DNA of 64,000 bases. Source: an uncultured bacterium (GTDB lineage Bacteria > Babelota > Babeliae > Babelales > Vermiphilaceae). The stretch is from the NCBI GenBank assembly GCA_963713925.1, contig OY970212.1, positions 1,056,001 through 1,120,000 of the forward strand. The letters are read 5' to 3'. The first letter of the stretch is position 1; the number at the start of each line of letters is the position of its first letter. The notes beneath the pieces are model-generated. The model did no database searches and was not told where the DNA came from. It worked only from the letters and a program-made list of their open reading frames with translations. Positions 1 through 9,166 of this stretch are shown piece by piece. The translations under genes were made by a program, and so were the position numbers.

Positions 1-1
1 A

Positions 2-706
2 GATTTTTCTCTCAAACGTCAAAACTATGATGAATGGCTAAAAAATAAGGAAGCTTTTGAATTAGCACAAAAAACAAAGACCTGGTATCACCGGAATAAA
101 CTTACATGGATATATCGTGTCCTCACCAATGGAGAAGCTGAGTATAAAAGGCTGATGGATTTGGGTCTTTTTTTGGAAGCGACAGATGTCAGCGCTCTGT
201 ATAACGGATTACGTAGTGGCTTAGAATTAGGACCTAAAATTGGTAGGAATGCTATAAAACTTGAAGAGTTGAAATATAGTTTGCAAAAAATAGTTGATTA
301 TACAGAAAAAAACTTAGAAAGTTACTCTAAGCCAAATATGACCAATGATCCAGAGAGTAAATCAATTCCCACGTATGATGGCGGAACTGGAATATTGAAT
401 GTTTATGATACGGAAATTGACTTCGATGTTCAAGCCGATCGGCATAAAATCTTAGAAATAGGCTTTCCAAACGGTATACCTGCCCAAAACGGTATTGCGC
501 ACGATATTATTTATGATGAAGCGTTAAAAACAGATGCTGACCTTTCCTGGCATCAACTCAATAAAGAAACACGGGCTGAAATAAAAAAAAAGATACGAGA
601 AATCTGTCGTGGCATAAATGATCGAGTTGAACAAAAGGCTAAAGAGAAAATTTCGATTGCTACCTCTAAGGGAGGGGTTGTTCACTTCGGTTATGATAGT
701 CAATAG
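2..706 (+). CDS. Hypothetical protein, 5'-truncated by the window edge
   Basis: The frame of ORF 155..706 is open back to position 2 (DFSLKRQNYDEWLKNK...), so the gene probably starts upstream of the window; no recognisable family. Confidence 0.7.
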   Translation, partial: DFSLKRQNYDEWLKNKEAFELAQKTKTWYHRNKLTWIYRVLTNGEAEYKRLMDLGLFLEATDVSALYNGLRSGLELGPKIGRNAIKLEELKYSLQKIVDYTEKNLESYSKPNMTNDPESKSIPTYDGGTGILNVYDTEIDFDVQADRHKILEIGFPNGIPAQNGIAHDIIYDEALKTDADLSWHQLNKETRAEIKKKIREICRGINDRVEQKAKEKISIATSKGGVVHFGYDSQ

Positions 707-733
707 CTAATAATTCATTTTTGTCTCTCACGT

Positions 734-770
734 AAAAAGATTGCCCATACAATTCCGGCAATCTTTTTTT
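734..770. terminator. Bidirectional intrinsic terminator
   Basis: aaaaagattgcc-loop-ggcaatcttttttt, with A/T tracts on both sides. Confidence 0.75.
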
Positions 771-845
771 ATTTGACCTTACTTCAACTTGCCGGCCCGA
801 CACGGGCCGAGGGGAACCGACACATCACAGCATAAGCTTTATTGC

Positions 846-1061
846 ATGAAGATAAAAAAAATTGTCGGACCCTCATTACCCCAATTACATACAACTCAAT
901 CTGATGAGTCAGTCTTATCTTCAGATGATTGTGCAACGCTTGTCGCATTCTTTGGAGTGCTCCTGGATTGGCACCAAAATGAAAATGCGATTAATGAGAA
1001 CGCCTCAACATTAATTGAAAAAAAACTAAAAAAAGTTTCAAAAAAGGATTCTAATGAATGA
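846..1061 (+). CDS. Small hypothetical protein of the element (possible regulator or directionality factor)
   Basis: ATG at 846 (MKIKKIVG...); stop overlaps the start of the next ORF. Confidence 0.5.
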   Translation: MKIKKIVGPSLPQLHTTQSDESVLSSDDCATLVAFFGVLLDWHQNENAINENASTLIEKKLKKVSKKDSNE

Positions 1062-1314
1062 CCTAGTAACAATTGAATTATTAGAGATGTATCGATTCAA
1101 GGCAAGTAATCAAAAAGCACCTCATGATCCCATTATTATTGATAATAAAGAACATGATTATAGTGTTGAAATTGACGGTCAATTGCGACACGGCCGATAC
1201 ACAGCAATATTTAGGCCGTTAGAAAAAGATCCGAATGGACCTACTTTTATCCTTTTTGGAGGACTCAATGATGAAAAGGGGGAATACAGCTATTCGTCAC
1301 TAATGAAAAAATAA
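1054..1314 (+). CDS. Small hypothetical protein of the element
   Basis: 86-aa ORF overlapping the previous ORF, directly upstream of the helicase. Confidence 0.6.
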   Translation: MNDLVTIELLEMYRFKASNQKAPHDPIIIDNKEHDYSVEIDGQLRHGRYTAIFRPLEKDPNGPTFILFGGLNDEKGEYSYSSLMKK

Positions 1315-1378
1315 TTTTAAAACATTAAAACCATCGCTTGAATCCCGATGGTCTTAAATAAAAAACAGGAAATTTACT

Positions 1379-2950
1379 ATGAGTAATGATAACACAAAAA
1401 AAGTTTCTAAACAACGAAAAATCCCTCGCAGTAAGCAAATCGAGATCATGCAAACTGAATGGTATAAAGAAGCTCAACAATTAGCATCAGAAAAATCCCA
1501 TCTCGGTTATAAAGATTTTCCATGGGATGCTTTTTTGGAAATAACACCCAATGATAGCTTGGATAGCTCGAAACAATCACAAATCATCGCGTTACAAGAG
1601 AGGTATAAAGAGTTAATCGAGCGTCAAAAGCTTTTGTGGGCAGAAGACAACGTTGTCACTGAACTAAACAAAATTCATGCAGTTGTACACATTGATCAAA
1701 CTTTTATCATCACCGAAAAAAAGAATTCACTTGGCGGTCATGATTTTTCATTTGAAGGTAGGCAATCCTTCAAGGCGTTTTATGAAGATGAAACAATCAT
1801 ATGCATCGATGGTATTGAACGATGCAAAGCGAGCATTTGGTTGAAAAGTTCGAAAAGACGCAAATACAAAGGTATTGTTTTTGATCCCAATATAATAGGC
1901 CCTGTAGATGGCTGCTACAATTTGTGGAAAGGTTTTACGAGAAAATCAATACAAGGAACCACTCAAAAATATTGGGCTCACGTTAAAGAAAATATTTGCA
2001 ATGGAGATGAAGAATCCTATCAATATATACGAAAATGGCTCGCTTATGTTTTTCAACGACCTGATCAAGTTCACACCGGCATAGTGCTTCGCGGTTCACA
2101 AGGGGTCGGAAAAAATAGTTTCGTTGAGCCCTTGGGAGTTCTTTTGGGATCACACTATGCACCGCTCAGCAGCATTTCAGAGCTCGTTTCAAATTTCAAT
2201 TATCATCTCAAAAATGCAGTTCTAATTCACGCCAATGAAGCATTATGGGGTGGAAATAAGAAAGAGTTAGGAACAATTAAAGCAATGATCACAGAACGAT
2301 CCTGTTTAATTGAAGGGAAAGGGAAAGATAGAATTGTAGTCAGAAATTTTAAGCATGTCATTCTAAGCAGCAATGAAGACTGGCCGGTTTCATTGGATGC
2401 AGATGATCGTCGTTTTTTTGTTCTAACTGTTTCGGAAAAGCACAAAGAAGATCATGAGTACTTTAAAGCGATACAAGAAGAGCTAGATAATGGAGGCTAT
2501 GAAGCTTTATTATTTGATTTGCTCAACGAGGACATATCAAATTTTAATCCTCGTAAACTGCCAAGTTCATCTGATTCTTTCAGCATAAAAATGCGAAGCG
2601 CCGATTCCCCGCAGCGATACTTATATGAAGTATTGTGTGAAGGCGGGTTTTCCATTGGAGATGATGGTGGGAACACAACTCCTGTTTGGCAGGATACAAT
2701 CCCAAAAGATGCTGTTCGCAAAGATTATGTCGCATGGTGCGAAAAAAATGGCGAGCCTGTCTTATCCCAAAATCTATTCGGACGAGTAATAAACAAGACC
2801 ATCGCTTCTGTGCTAGATACGCGTCCGAGCTGTGGCAGCCGTCAACGATGCTATAGATTCCCTAGCTTACGCAAATCACAAGAAGATTTTTGCAAAGCTT
2901 TTAAGGAAAAGCCTGAACGAATTTTTGATAATTACGAAACTATTGACTAG
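1379..2950 (+). CDS. SF3/D5-like replicative helicase (DUF5906-type phage/plasmid primase-helicase NTPase)
   Basis: Walker A GSQGVGKNS, Walker B-like LIHANEA, IEGKGKD, ILSSN, DDRRF arginine finger, YNLWKGF upstream motif, C-terminal winged-helix-like region. Confidence 0.85.
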   Translation: MSNDNTKKVSKQRKIPRSKQIEIMQTEWYKEAQQLASEKSHLGYKDFPWDAFLEITPNDSLDSSKQSQIIALQERYKELIERQKLLWAEDNVVTELNKIHAVVHIDQTFIITEKKNSLGGHDFSFEGRQSFKAFYEDETIICIDGIERCKASIWLKSSKRRKYKGIVFDPNIIGPVDGCYNLWKGFTRKSIQGTTQKYWAHVKENICNGDEESYQYIRKWLAYVFQRPDQVHTGIVLRGSQGVGKNSFVEPLGVLLGSHYAPLSSISELVSNFNYHLKNAVLIHANEALWGGNKKELGTIKAMITERSCLIEGKGKDRIVVRNFKHVILSSNEDWPVSLDADDRRFFVLTVSEKHKEDHEYFKAIQEELDNGGYEALLFDLLNEDISNFNPRKLPSSSDSFSIKMRSADSPQRYLYEVLCEGGFSIGDDGGNTTPVWQDTIPKDAVRKDYVAWCEKNGEPVLSQNLFGRVINKTIASVLDTRPSCGSRQRCYRFPSLRKSQEDFCKAFKEKPERIFDNYETID

Positions 2951-2954
2951 GAGC

Positions 2955-3178
2955 GTCCATTATGATGTCCATGATCTGCAATAGAAAAAATATTTGATTT
3001 ATGACGTTAGTCCAAGACGTCCATATCGTCCGGGCTGTTAAGAAACCGAAACATTCTTCTCATGATAAACGGTGAAGAAAAATTTTGGTGTTCAAACCAC
3101 TCGGACCATGTGGACTGTGTGGACAATGATTATGGAATCGATATTGTCACAATCTTTCTTCCTGGACATATTGTGGAC
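2955..3178. repeat. Putative replication origin: 5 GTCC(A/G) and 5 (T/C)GGAC iterons in mirror symmetry
   Basis: Pentamers at 2955, 2967, 3010, 3019, 3028 and inverted copies at 3102, 3111, 3120, 3163, 3174, symmetric about ~3067. Confidence 0.75.
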
Positions 3179-3192
3179 TAAAAAGGAGCGTT

Positions 3193-4221
3193 ATGACTCT
3201 TATTGAAATCGCACAACAAGCTGGCATAAAACCAAAGTGGGTGGCAGGCACCGGCGGTGGAGAATATCACTCAGCATGCCCATCCTGCGGTGGGAAGGAT
3301 CGTTTCTTTATTCAGCCATACAAACAAATGGCCAAATGCGTAGGAAGTTATTGTTGTAGAAAATGCGGTATCGCTGGTGATGCAATTCAGTTTGCTCGAC
3401 AGTTTTTAAGCTGTTCTTTTCAAGAAGCTGCTCAGATGGTAAATGCAATAATAAATGAAAACATATCGCTTCCTTCTTTTGCACCTATCAATTCTGCAAA
3501 GCCAGCTATTTTGGTACCTCCTCCAGAAAAATGGTGCGCACATGCTACGGATTTCGTTAATCGTGCGCATGAACGCCTTTTGAGCAATGAGGATGGGTTA
3601 CAACTCCTCACAAACAGAGGACTTCCACTTGATGCCGTCATTCGCTACAAGCTTGGGTGGTCAGATAAAAATGAGTTCTTCTCAAGAACTCATTGGGGTC
3701 TTGCCGATCGATTCGATCAGAACAATAAGAATCGACAGTTGTGGGTACCACAAGGACTTGTTATACCTTCGATCGAGCCAAGCGGCAAAGTAACTCGTTT
3801 GAAAATTAGAAGATGCGATTGGAACGCCGGAGATAAATTACCTAAATATGTGGCAATTTCTGGTAGCATGAATGGTTTGATCATTATTGGCTCAACAAAT
3901 CGTTCTACGATGATTGTGGTCGAGTCAGAGCTTGATGCATATGCAATACATCATGCAGCATCTGATTTTGCTTTCGGAGTCGCTGTTGGAAGTAATATTA
4001 AAAACCCGGACAATATAACTGATCATAATGCGCGAAATAGCAAACAGCTGCTTATCTGTCATGATAACGATGAACCGGGAAAAATAATGTTTTCAAAGTG
4101 GCAACGCTTATATCCGCATGCTATCAACTATCCAACCCCAATTGGTAAAGATATTGGAGAAGCAATTCAAAATGGGTTCAATTTAAGAGAGTGGCTTTTA
4201 TTAGGACTCCGGTCAATTTAA
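3193..4221 (+). CDS. DNA primase (P4-alpha-type Zn ribbon plus TOPRIM)
   Basis: CPSCGGKDRF...CCRKCG...GDAI Zn ribbon; PKY; VVESELDA and CHDNDEPG TOPRIM motifs; GKDIGE. Confidence 0.85.
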   Translation: MTLIEIAQQAGIKPKWVAGTGGGEYHSACPSCGGKDRFFIQPYKQMAKCVGSYCCRKCGIAGDAIQFARQFLSCSFQEAAQMVNAIINENISLPSFAPINSAKPAILVPPPEKWCAHATDFVNRAHERLLSNEDGLQLLTNRGLPLDAVIRYKLGWSDKNEFFSRTHWGLADRFDQNNKNRQLWVPQGLVIPSIEPSGKVTRLKIRRCDWNAGDKLPKYVAISGSMNGLIIIGSTNRSTMIVVESELDAYAIHHAASDFAFGVAVGSNIKNPDNITDHNARNSKQLLICHDNDEPGKIMFSKWQRLYPHAINYPTPIGKDIGEAIQNGFNLREWLLLGLRSI

Positions 4222-4330
4222 TCAAAACCCTGAAATCGACCACTTCTGATTATAGCTGTGCCTATTTTTTTGCATCATTTTTCATTTAAATTTTTAAAAC
4301 ATTAGAAATGAGCGCTTTTTAAACCAAAAC

Positions 4331-4358
4331 TTGACTACGTCAATGAATTAGTTACAAT
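4331..4358 (+). promoter_or_regulatory. Sigma70-like promoter with a palindrome over the -35 box
   Basis: TTGACT-16 bp-TACAAT; ttgac-tac-gtcaa inverted repeat. Confidence 0.45.
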
Positions 4359-4397
4359 TAGAATATATTTAAACGTTAAAAAAACAAGGTAACCAAA

Positions 4398-4880
4398 ATG
4401 AAATTTTTAAAAATTTCTTCTGCATTTTTACTTGTGCTAGGTTTATTTGGCCGCAGTACGACACTCCTTGGAATGGATGATATTGTTATTCATAAAGCAC
4501 CAACTAAAACAAATGATCCCCAAGGGAAAAAATTTGGCAAATTCTTTTTTTCAGGCCACGCCCAAACAAGAATGAAAGAGAGAGAAGTTTCTTTTGAGGA
4601 AGCTTCTGATGTAGTGAGACATGGCAACCGTTATAATACATTAGAAGGCGCAAAACTCTGTTTTTATGACAAAAAAAATATTGCTGTAGTTCTAAATGAT
4701 AAAACCAATACCATAATTACTGTTCTTTCAAACTTTAATCAAAAAAAATTGATTAAATGGTTGAGCAAGCGCGATGAAAAAAAACCATTTGCTAAGCCTG
4801 CTGCTGTAAAACCAAATGAATTCGTTGAAAAAAAACCATGCTTTACTGAAGTAAACAGTGATTTCGATATCTTTTTGTAA
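4398..4880 (+). CDS. Signal-peptide protein with a DUF4258-like (RelE/colicin E5-fold-like) domain
   Basis: Hydrophobic N-terminus; FSGHAQTRMKEREVSFEEASDVVRHG...IAVV...TIITV pattern. Confidence 0.6.
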   Translation: MKFLKISSAFLLVLGLFGRSTTLLGMDDIVIHKAPTKTNDPQGKKFGKFFFSGHAQTRMKEREVSFEEASDVVRHGNRYNTLEGAKLCFYDKKNIAVVLNDKTNTIITVLSNFNQKKLIKWLSKRDEKKPFAKPAAVKPNEFVEKKPCFTEVNSDFDIFL

Positions 4881-5201
4881 TATAAATTTTGACAGTAATT
4901 TCTGGTTAATATAAATATATTGGGCAAGCATTTATTATGAATGCTTGCCCTTTTTTATGCTCTTTTGCTCTGATAGAATCAAAAAAAGCGCAATTCAAAT
5001 CGGTTTTAATCTTCGAAACTGGCTATCCAATCGTTTGTAAGCGCTGCCTTAAAATTGATATCATTCTACTTACCAAATTCTGTTTTTGCACTCGCTCACG
5101 ACTTAAGCGTCGGTCTATTTGAATGAGAAGACTAAAAAAATCTACTAGTCTTTTATGTTCTTCAGGAGTAAATTGCATGATCGTTCATTTTCCAAAAAAG
5201 T

Positions 5202-5858
5202 TCATGGTCTTTCATCGTCAAAATCAAAAATATCACACAATGTTGATGGTGGGAAATAACCTTCCACAAAGCGCTCAATCTTAGCCCCATACCATTCTCT
5301 CAATTCTCTGACACCTTCATTGAAACCTCTCTGGTCGTATAGAAGATATTTTCTTCTTAATTTTTGAAATGTATGCTGCCTCATGCGCGGTGGCTTCTGC
5401 TCTAACGACCCTGCACGGTTCTTCAAATAGTCTGTAGCTTTATATTGCATGTAACGGGTACGTTTCAAAGGCCTTAGTTGCTGAGAATAATAACTTAGCT
5501 TTGCACATTTGCGACACAAATACCGACCTTGCAGGCAATAGAGCTTCCTCATCCTGGAATTACATTGTGGACAGTGAAAGAATCGATAAAAGCCTCCGAA
5601 ATTACAGGGCTTACTTTCTACAGGAATAATGTATGTCCCCTGCTCAAAGACCACCCTGATATCGTCGTTTTCCTCGAGCATAGCTTTGAATTTATATCGA
5701 GGTATTTCAAGCAAAACGCGATCTTGCGATCGTCTTACCCATTCAAGCCCCTCTTTATTTTTAAACATTTCAAATGAGTCTATCTCAGAAAACCACGAGC
5801 AAAGAGCTTTCGGATTATGCTTTTTCTTGATTTTCCAGTACCAACCCCAATGCGTCAT
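5202..5858 (-). CDS. Zn-finger hypothetical protein of a type seen in integrated elements
   Basis: NFGG.RFFHCPQC...RKLY...YLCRKC.LSYYSQ and KPPRMRQHTF motifs. Confidence 0.7.
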   Translation of the reverse strand: MTHWGWYWKIKKKHNPKALCSWFSEIDSFEMFKNKEGLEWVRRSQDRVLLEIPRYKFKAMLEENDDIRVVFEQGTYIIPVESKPCNFGGFYRFFHCPQCNSRMRKLYCLQGRYLCRKCAKLSYYSQQLRPLKRTRYMQYKATDYLKNRAGSLEQKPPRMRQHTFQKLRRKYLLYDQRGFNEGVRELREWYGAKIERFVEGYFPPSTLCDIFDFDDERP

Positions 5859-5970
5859 AGCCCAGATCTCCTTTATCGAAATGTCCAGCGATGCCTGTTA
5901 TGGCCTGTATTATTTATACCTCGTTAAACCTGTAAAACGCAAGCATCTTTTCTCATAGAAAATTGCATAT

Positions 5971-5998
5971 TTGACATAACAAACAATGCTGATACGTT
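5971..5998 (+). promoter_or_regulatory. Sigma70-like promoter for the ankyrin cluster
   Basis: TTGACA followed by TG-a-TACGTT (extended -10-like). Confidence 0.35.
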
Positions 5999-6040
5999 AT
6001 TAATTAGTGATATACCACATTCATTTATTTGGAGGATAAT

Positions 6041-6430
6041 ATGCAATTCAAGCATATTTTTTCAGCAATCTTATTGATTAGCTGTTCAATTAGCCGCGCT
6101 GGCCAACAAAAACAAACAATCGACGTTATCAATAATAGCGACCAATCGCTATCCATATCGGCAAACAATGCGAGCAAGACTTTTCATGTTTCGCAAGTCA
6201 TTCCTGCATATACCCGTGCTCTTATTATTGCGCAACTTATCAACCTTAAATCCGCTCAAAATCTTTTGCTTGAAGCAATAGTGAATGATTCCGTTAAGGG
6301 AATACAAGAAGCAATACGTATGGGTGCTGATATCAACCAAGAAATTGGTGGTCAAAGACCATTGGTTTTTGCAGTTGCATTGGAAAAAATCAATGCTGTG
6401 AAATATCTTATCGCTGTAGGCGCAATATAA
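6041..6430 (+). CDS. Secreted ankyrin-repeat protein (short paralog)
   Basis: GGAGG RBS, signal peptide, GADINQEIGGQRPLVFAV ankyrin motif. Confidence 0.75.
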   Translation: MQFKHIFSAILLISCSISRAGQQKQTIDVINNSDQSLSISANNASKTFHVSQVIPAYTRALIIAQLINLKSAQNLLLEAIVNDSVKGIQEAIRMGADINQEIGGQRPLVFAVALEKINAVKYLIAVGAI

Positions 6431-6439
6431 AAAACTATG

Positions 6440-6476
6440 GGAGTCGCACTCATAAAACAATATTGAGTACGACTCC
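6440..6476 (+). terminator. Stem-loop after the first ankyrin gene
   Basis: ggagtcgcactca...tgagtacgactcc followed by tttcgtttt. Confidence 0.5.
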
Positions 6477-6488
6477 TTTCGTTTTAAC

Positions 6489-6896
6489 ATGAAGGATTTC
6501 GTGATGATAAAAAATAAGTTCGCATATGCTCTCATAATTGCATGCTTAATCCAAAGCCATTCAGTCAAGGCAATTGAATTTTCGACTCTTTACAACCATG
6601 CGACAAATCATCTTAATAAATATGTAATTATAGGTACCGTTTTATTTGTAGGCTCAGCTGTGGGAATAGCCGCATTATTTTACAAAAAAACACCTAACAG
6701 CCACTCTGTTCCAATCATCGAGATAGACGATAAAATAATGCCTTTAAAGGCACAATCTACGAAAAGCAATATCGTGAGCAATGAAGAAAATATACCGTTA
6801 ACGATCGAGACAGAAGAACAAAAAACTCTCGTGACGGTTGAAATGTTTTCATTGAAAGACGAGAGAAAACATACCTTCGAAATGTATGTACAATAA
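6489..6896 (+). CDS. Hypothetical membrane protein
   Basis: Signal peptide plus one TM helix; the start may be a few codons downstream. Confidence 0.65.
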   Translation: MKDFVMIKNKFAYALIIACLIQSHSVKAIEFSTLYNHATNHLNKYVIIGTVLFVGSAVGIAALFYKKTPNSHSVPIIEIDDKIMPLKAQSTKSNIVSNEENIPLTIETEEQKTLVTVEMFSLKDERKHTFEMYVQ

Positions 6897-6927
6897 TTGA
6901 TCCAAATGATTTAAATGGAGGAAAATC

Positions 6928-7788
6928 ATGTACAAAAAAAATCTATTTCCGTTGCTCATATTCTTGAGCATAGTTAATTGCTATGGTTCCAATAATCCGC
7001 AATCAATAAATATTTTCAACAATACTGATGAACCGGTTGCAGTAGCGTTTCAACTCCCAGAACATACTGCCGCAAATATTGAATTAAAAAAGATAGACTT
7101 GCTTCAAAATGCATTATATCAAGGCATTTTGAATGATTCCGAAGCAGTAATACGACAAGCTATTTGTGATGGTGCCGACATTAATTTGGAAAAAAACGGC
7201 AAATCGCCACTCTTGTGGGCCACGCATCTGAGAAAAAATGTTGCTCTAAAGACACTCCTTATATTCGGTGCTCGCATGGATAACCGTTGCATCGATGTAA
7301 TAAAAAGTACTCATGACGCAAAGCTTATTCATTTGTTTATTAAATACGGTCAAATTGATATCAATTCACTGAACCTTGACCAAATGCCCATATCTTTTGA
7401 GTCGTTAAAAGCTGAGGATGCTACGGATTTGTTTCGAGAGCTGGCAAATCGTGTTTCAAATATCAATTTGCTCTGGAAATTTGCATTTCCATTGGCGTAT
7501 TGGCATAAATCCAAAGGCGATGAAATCATCAGATTCTTACTCTTTCGCAATGCTGATCCAAATTATGTTTTGCGACAAAGTAACTTAATGACCGCAACGC
7601 CTTTATCGGAAGCCGCTACTAATTATCCAAACATACAAATTGTTAAAATACTTCTAAATGCGGGTGCAAAAGTAAATCAAAAAATTTCTTACGGGAGCAC
7701 TGAAAAAACAATTATTGAAGTTGCATTAATAAGAAATCGAAGTAGTGATATAATTCAAACTCTTCTTGAACATGAAACAACCGCTTAA
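6928..7788 (+). CDS. Secreted ankyrin-repeat protein
   Basis: Signal peptide; GADINLEKNGKSPLLWA, NADPN, TPLSEAA...LLNAGAKVN. Confidence 0.85.
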   Translation: MYKKNLFPLLIFLSIVNCYGSNNPQSINIFNNTDEPVAVAFQLPEHTAANIELKKIDLLQNALYQGILNDSEAVIRQAICDGADINLEKNGKSPLLWATHLRKNVALKTLLIFGARMDNRCIDVIKSTHDAKLIHLFIKYGQIDINSLNLDQMPISFESLKAEDATDLFRELANRVSNINLLWKFAFPLAYWHKSKGDEIIRFLLFRNADPNYVLRQSNLMTATPLSEAATNYPNIQIVKILLNAGAKVNQKISYGSTEKTIIEVALIRNRSSDIIQTLLEHETTA

Positions 7789-7817
7789 CGCGATACAAAT
7801 GGAGGAATAAATAAATC

Positions 7818-9047
7818 ATGAAACATTTTAATTTGATTACGGTCACATTGTTTTTTATAGTGTGGACCACATATCCAAGTTGTAACACGAATTCGTGCAA
7901 CATAACAAGTTGCAACACAGGTTCATCCTCAACAATCGGTAATGCGGCTGACAACACGGATCTAATAGTAGGACAAACAAGAAAAATAAAAATTTATAAC
8001 AATTCAAATCAACAATTGACAGCAACTCACAACGTTCCGGAATATAGTCAAGTATTAATCGAAACGACCAAGCTTCCAGAGCTTCAAACAATACTTCACA
8101 GCGGAATTTTGAACAATTCCGCTCAAGAAATTTTGGATGCAGTCAAGCTGGGTGCAAATGTCAATCTTGAAATCGATGGTAAGCTGCCTATCTTCATTGC
8201 AATATCATTAAAAAAGATAAATGCCATTGAAGTCTTGAAAAAGATCGGCGCCGTCATTCCATCTCTCGATAATATGATGTACCGTGCAATTATTAATGAT
8301 AATCCCGATCAAATTCGTTATGCAGTGAATTCCGGAGCAAATGTCAATTCGCTTGGTAAAGCCATACCTTGGGCAAAAAATAATGCCATAGTTGCTTTGC
8401 TTGAGTGCGGGGCCGTCCCTTCATTTGATCACGTGGAGCAGTCCATCAAAGTTGGGGATATAAAATCGGCTCTTTTACTGCTGAAAAATTTACCCAAACA
8501 TGCACGCGACTCGAGAAAGTTCAAACAAAACATTCTTCACAGCAAAGATATTTTTCAATATGTAGTAAGCGAACTTGATCCATTCGCTATATTTGAATTA
8601 CAGTTGGAATTCTTGCAACTTCTCATCGATTATGGATACAACATCAACGGGTCATCTTACACGAATCCTTCAATTTATAGCGATCAATCCCCTGCAAGCG
8701 CTTGGGTTAACGCAATAGAAAGCCCTTTTTATTCGGATAAAATCCTCGAGCTTCTCATGAAAAATGGGGCTAATCCTAATCAATGCATTTATGACGGTGG
8801 TACTATTTGGCATCCGTTATTTATAGCTATCCAAAGCAATAATACGAGGGCCGTAAAGTTTCTCTTAAACGCGGGAGCTGACATAAACTTAATTGGGGGT
8901 CCATCTGTGCGTGGTAACGCTCGTTCAACAAGCACTTCGAAACAAAACCCATTAGGTTATGCTCAGGCATTAAAAAACTATCATGGCCAACAAAATGACG
9001 AGATCATCAATATTTTATCAAGACACAAACCTCTATTTACTCGTTAA
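7818..9047 (+). CDS. Secreted ankyrin-repeat protein
   Basis: Signal peptide; GANVNLEIDGKLPIFIA, GANPN, HPLFIAI...LLNAGADIN. Confidence 0.85.
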   Translation: MKHFNLITVTLFFIVWTTYPSCNTNSCNITSCNTGSSSTIGNAADNTDLIVGQTRKIKIYNNSNQQLTATHNVPEYSQVLIETTKLPELQTILHSGILNNSAQEILDAVKLGANVNLEIDGKLPIFIAISLKKINAIEVLKKIGAVIPSLDNMMYRAIINDNPDQIRYAVNSGANVNSLGKAIPWAKNNAIVALLECGAVPSFDHVEQSIKVGDIKSALLLLKNLPKHARDSRKFKQNILHSKDIFQYVVSELDPFAIFELQLEFLQLLIDYGYNINGSSYTNPSIYSDQSPASAWVNAIESPFYSDKILELLMKNGANPNQCIYDGGTIWHPLFIAIQSNNTRAVKFLLNAGADINLIGGPSVRGNARSTSTSKQNPLGYAQALKNYHGQQNDEIINILSRHKPLFTR

Positions 9048-9060
9048 AAATCAATCTTAC

Positions 9061-9087
9061 AAAGCCGGAATTAACTCCGGCTTTTTT
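9061..9087 (+). terminator. Intrinsic terminator
   Basis: aaagccggaattaactccggctttttt. Confidence 0.8.
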
Positions 9088-9166
9088 ATTACCCGAATAT
9101 GAATTTTTGTGATATTATTAAAGATGAAAAACACCTTATTGATAATCACAAAATAATTCTACATCT

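Noticed and set aside
7878..7922. GTTG(T/C)AACAC repeats resembling CRISPR repeat ends
   Set aside because: 15-bp period, in frame inside an ankyrin gene (SCNxx three times); a coding microrepeat
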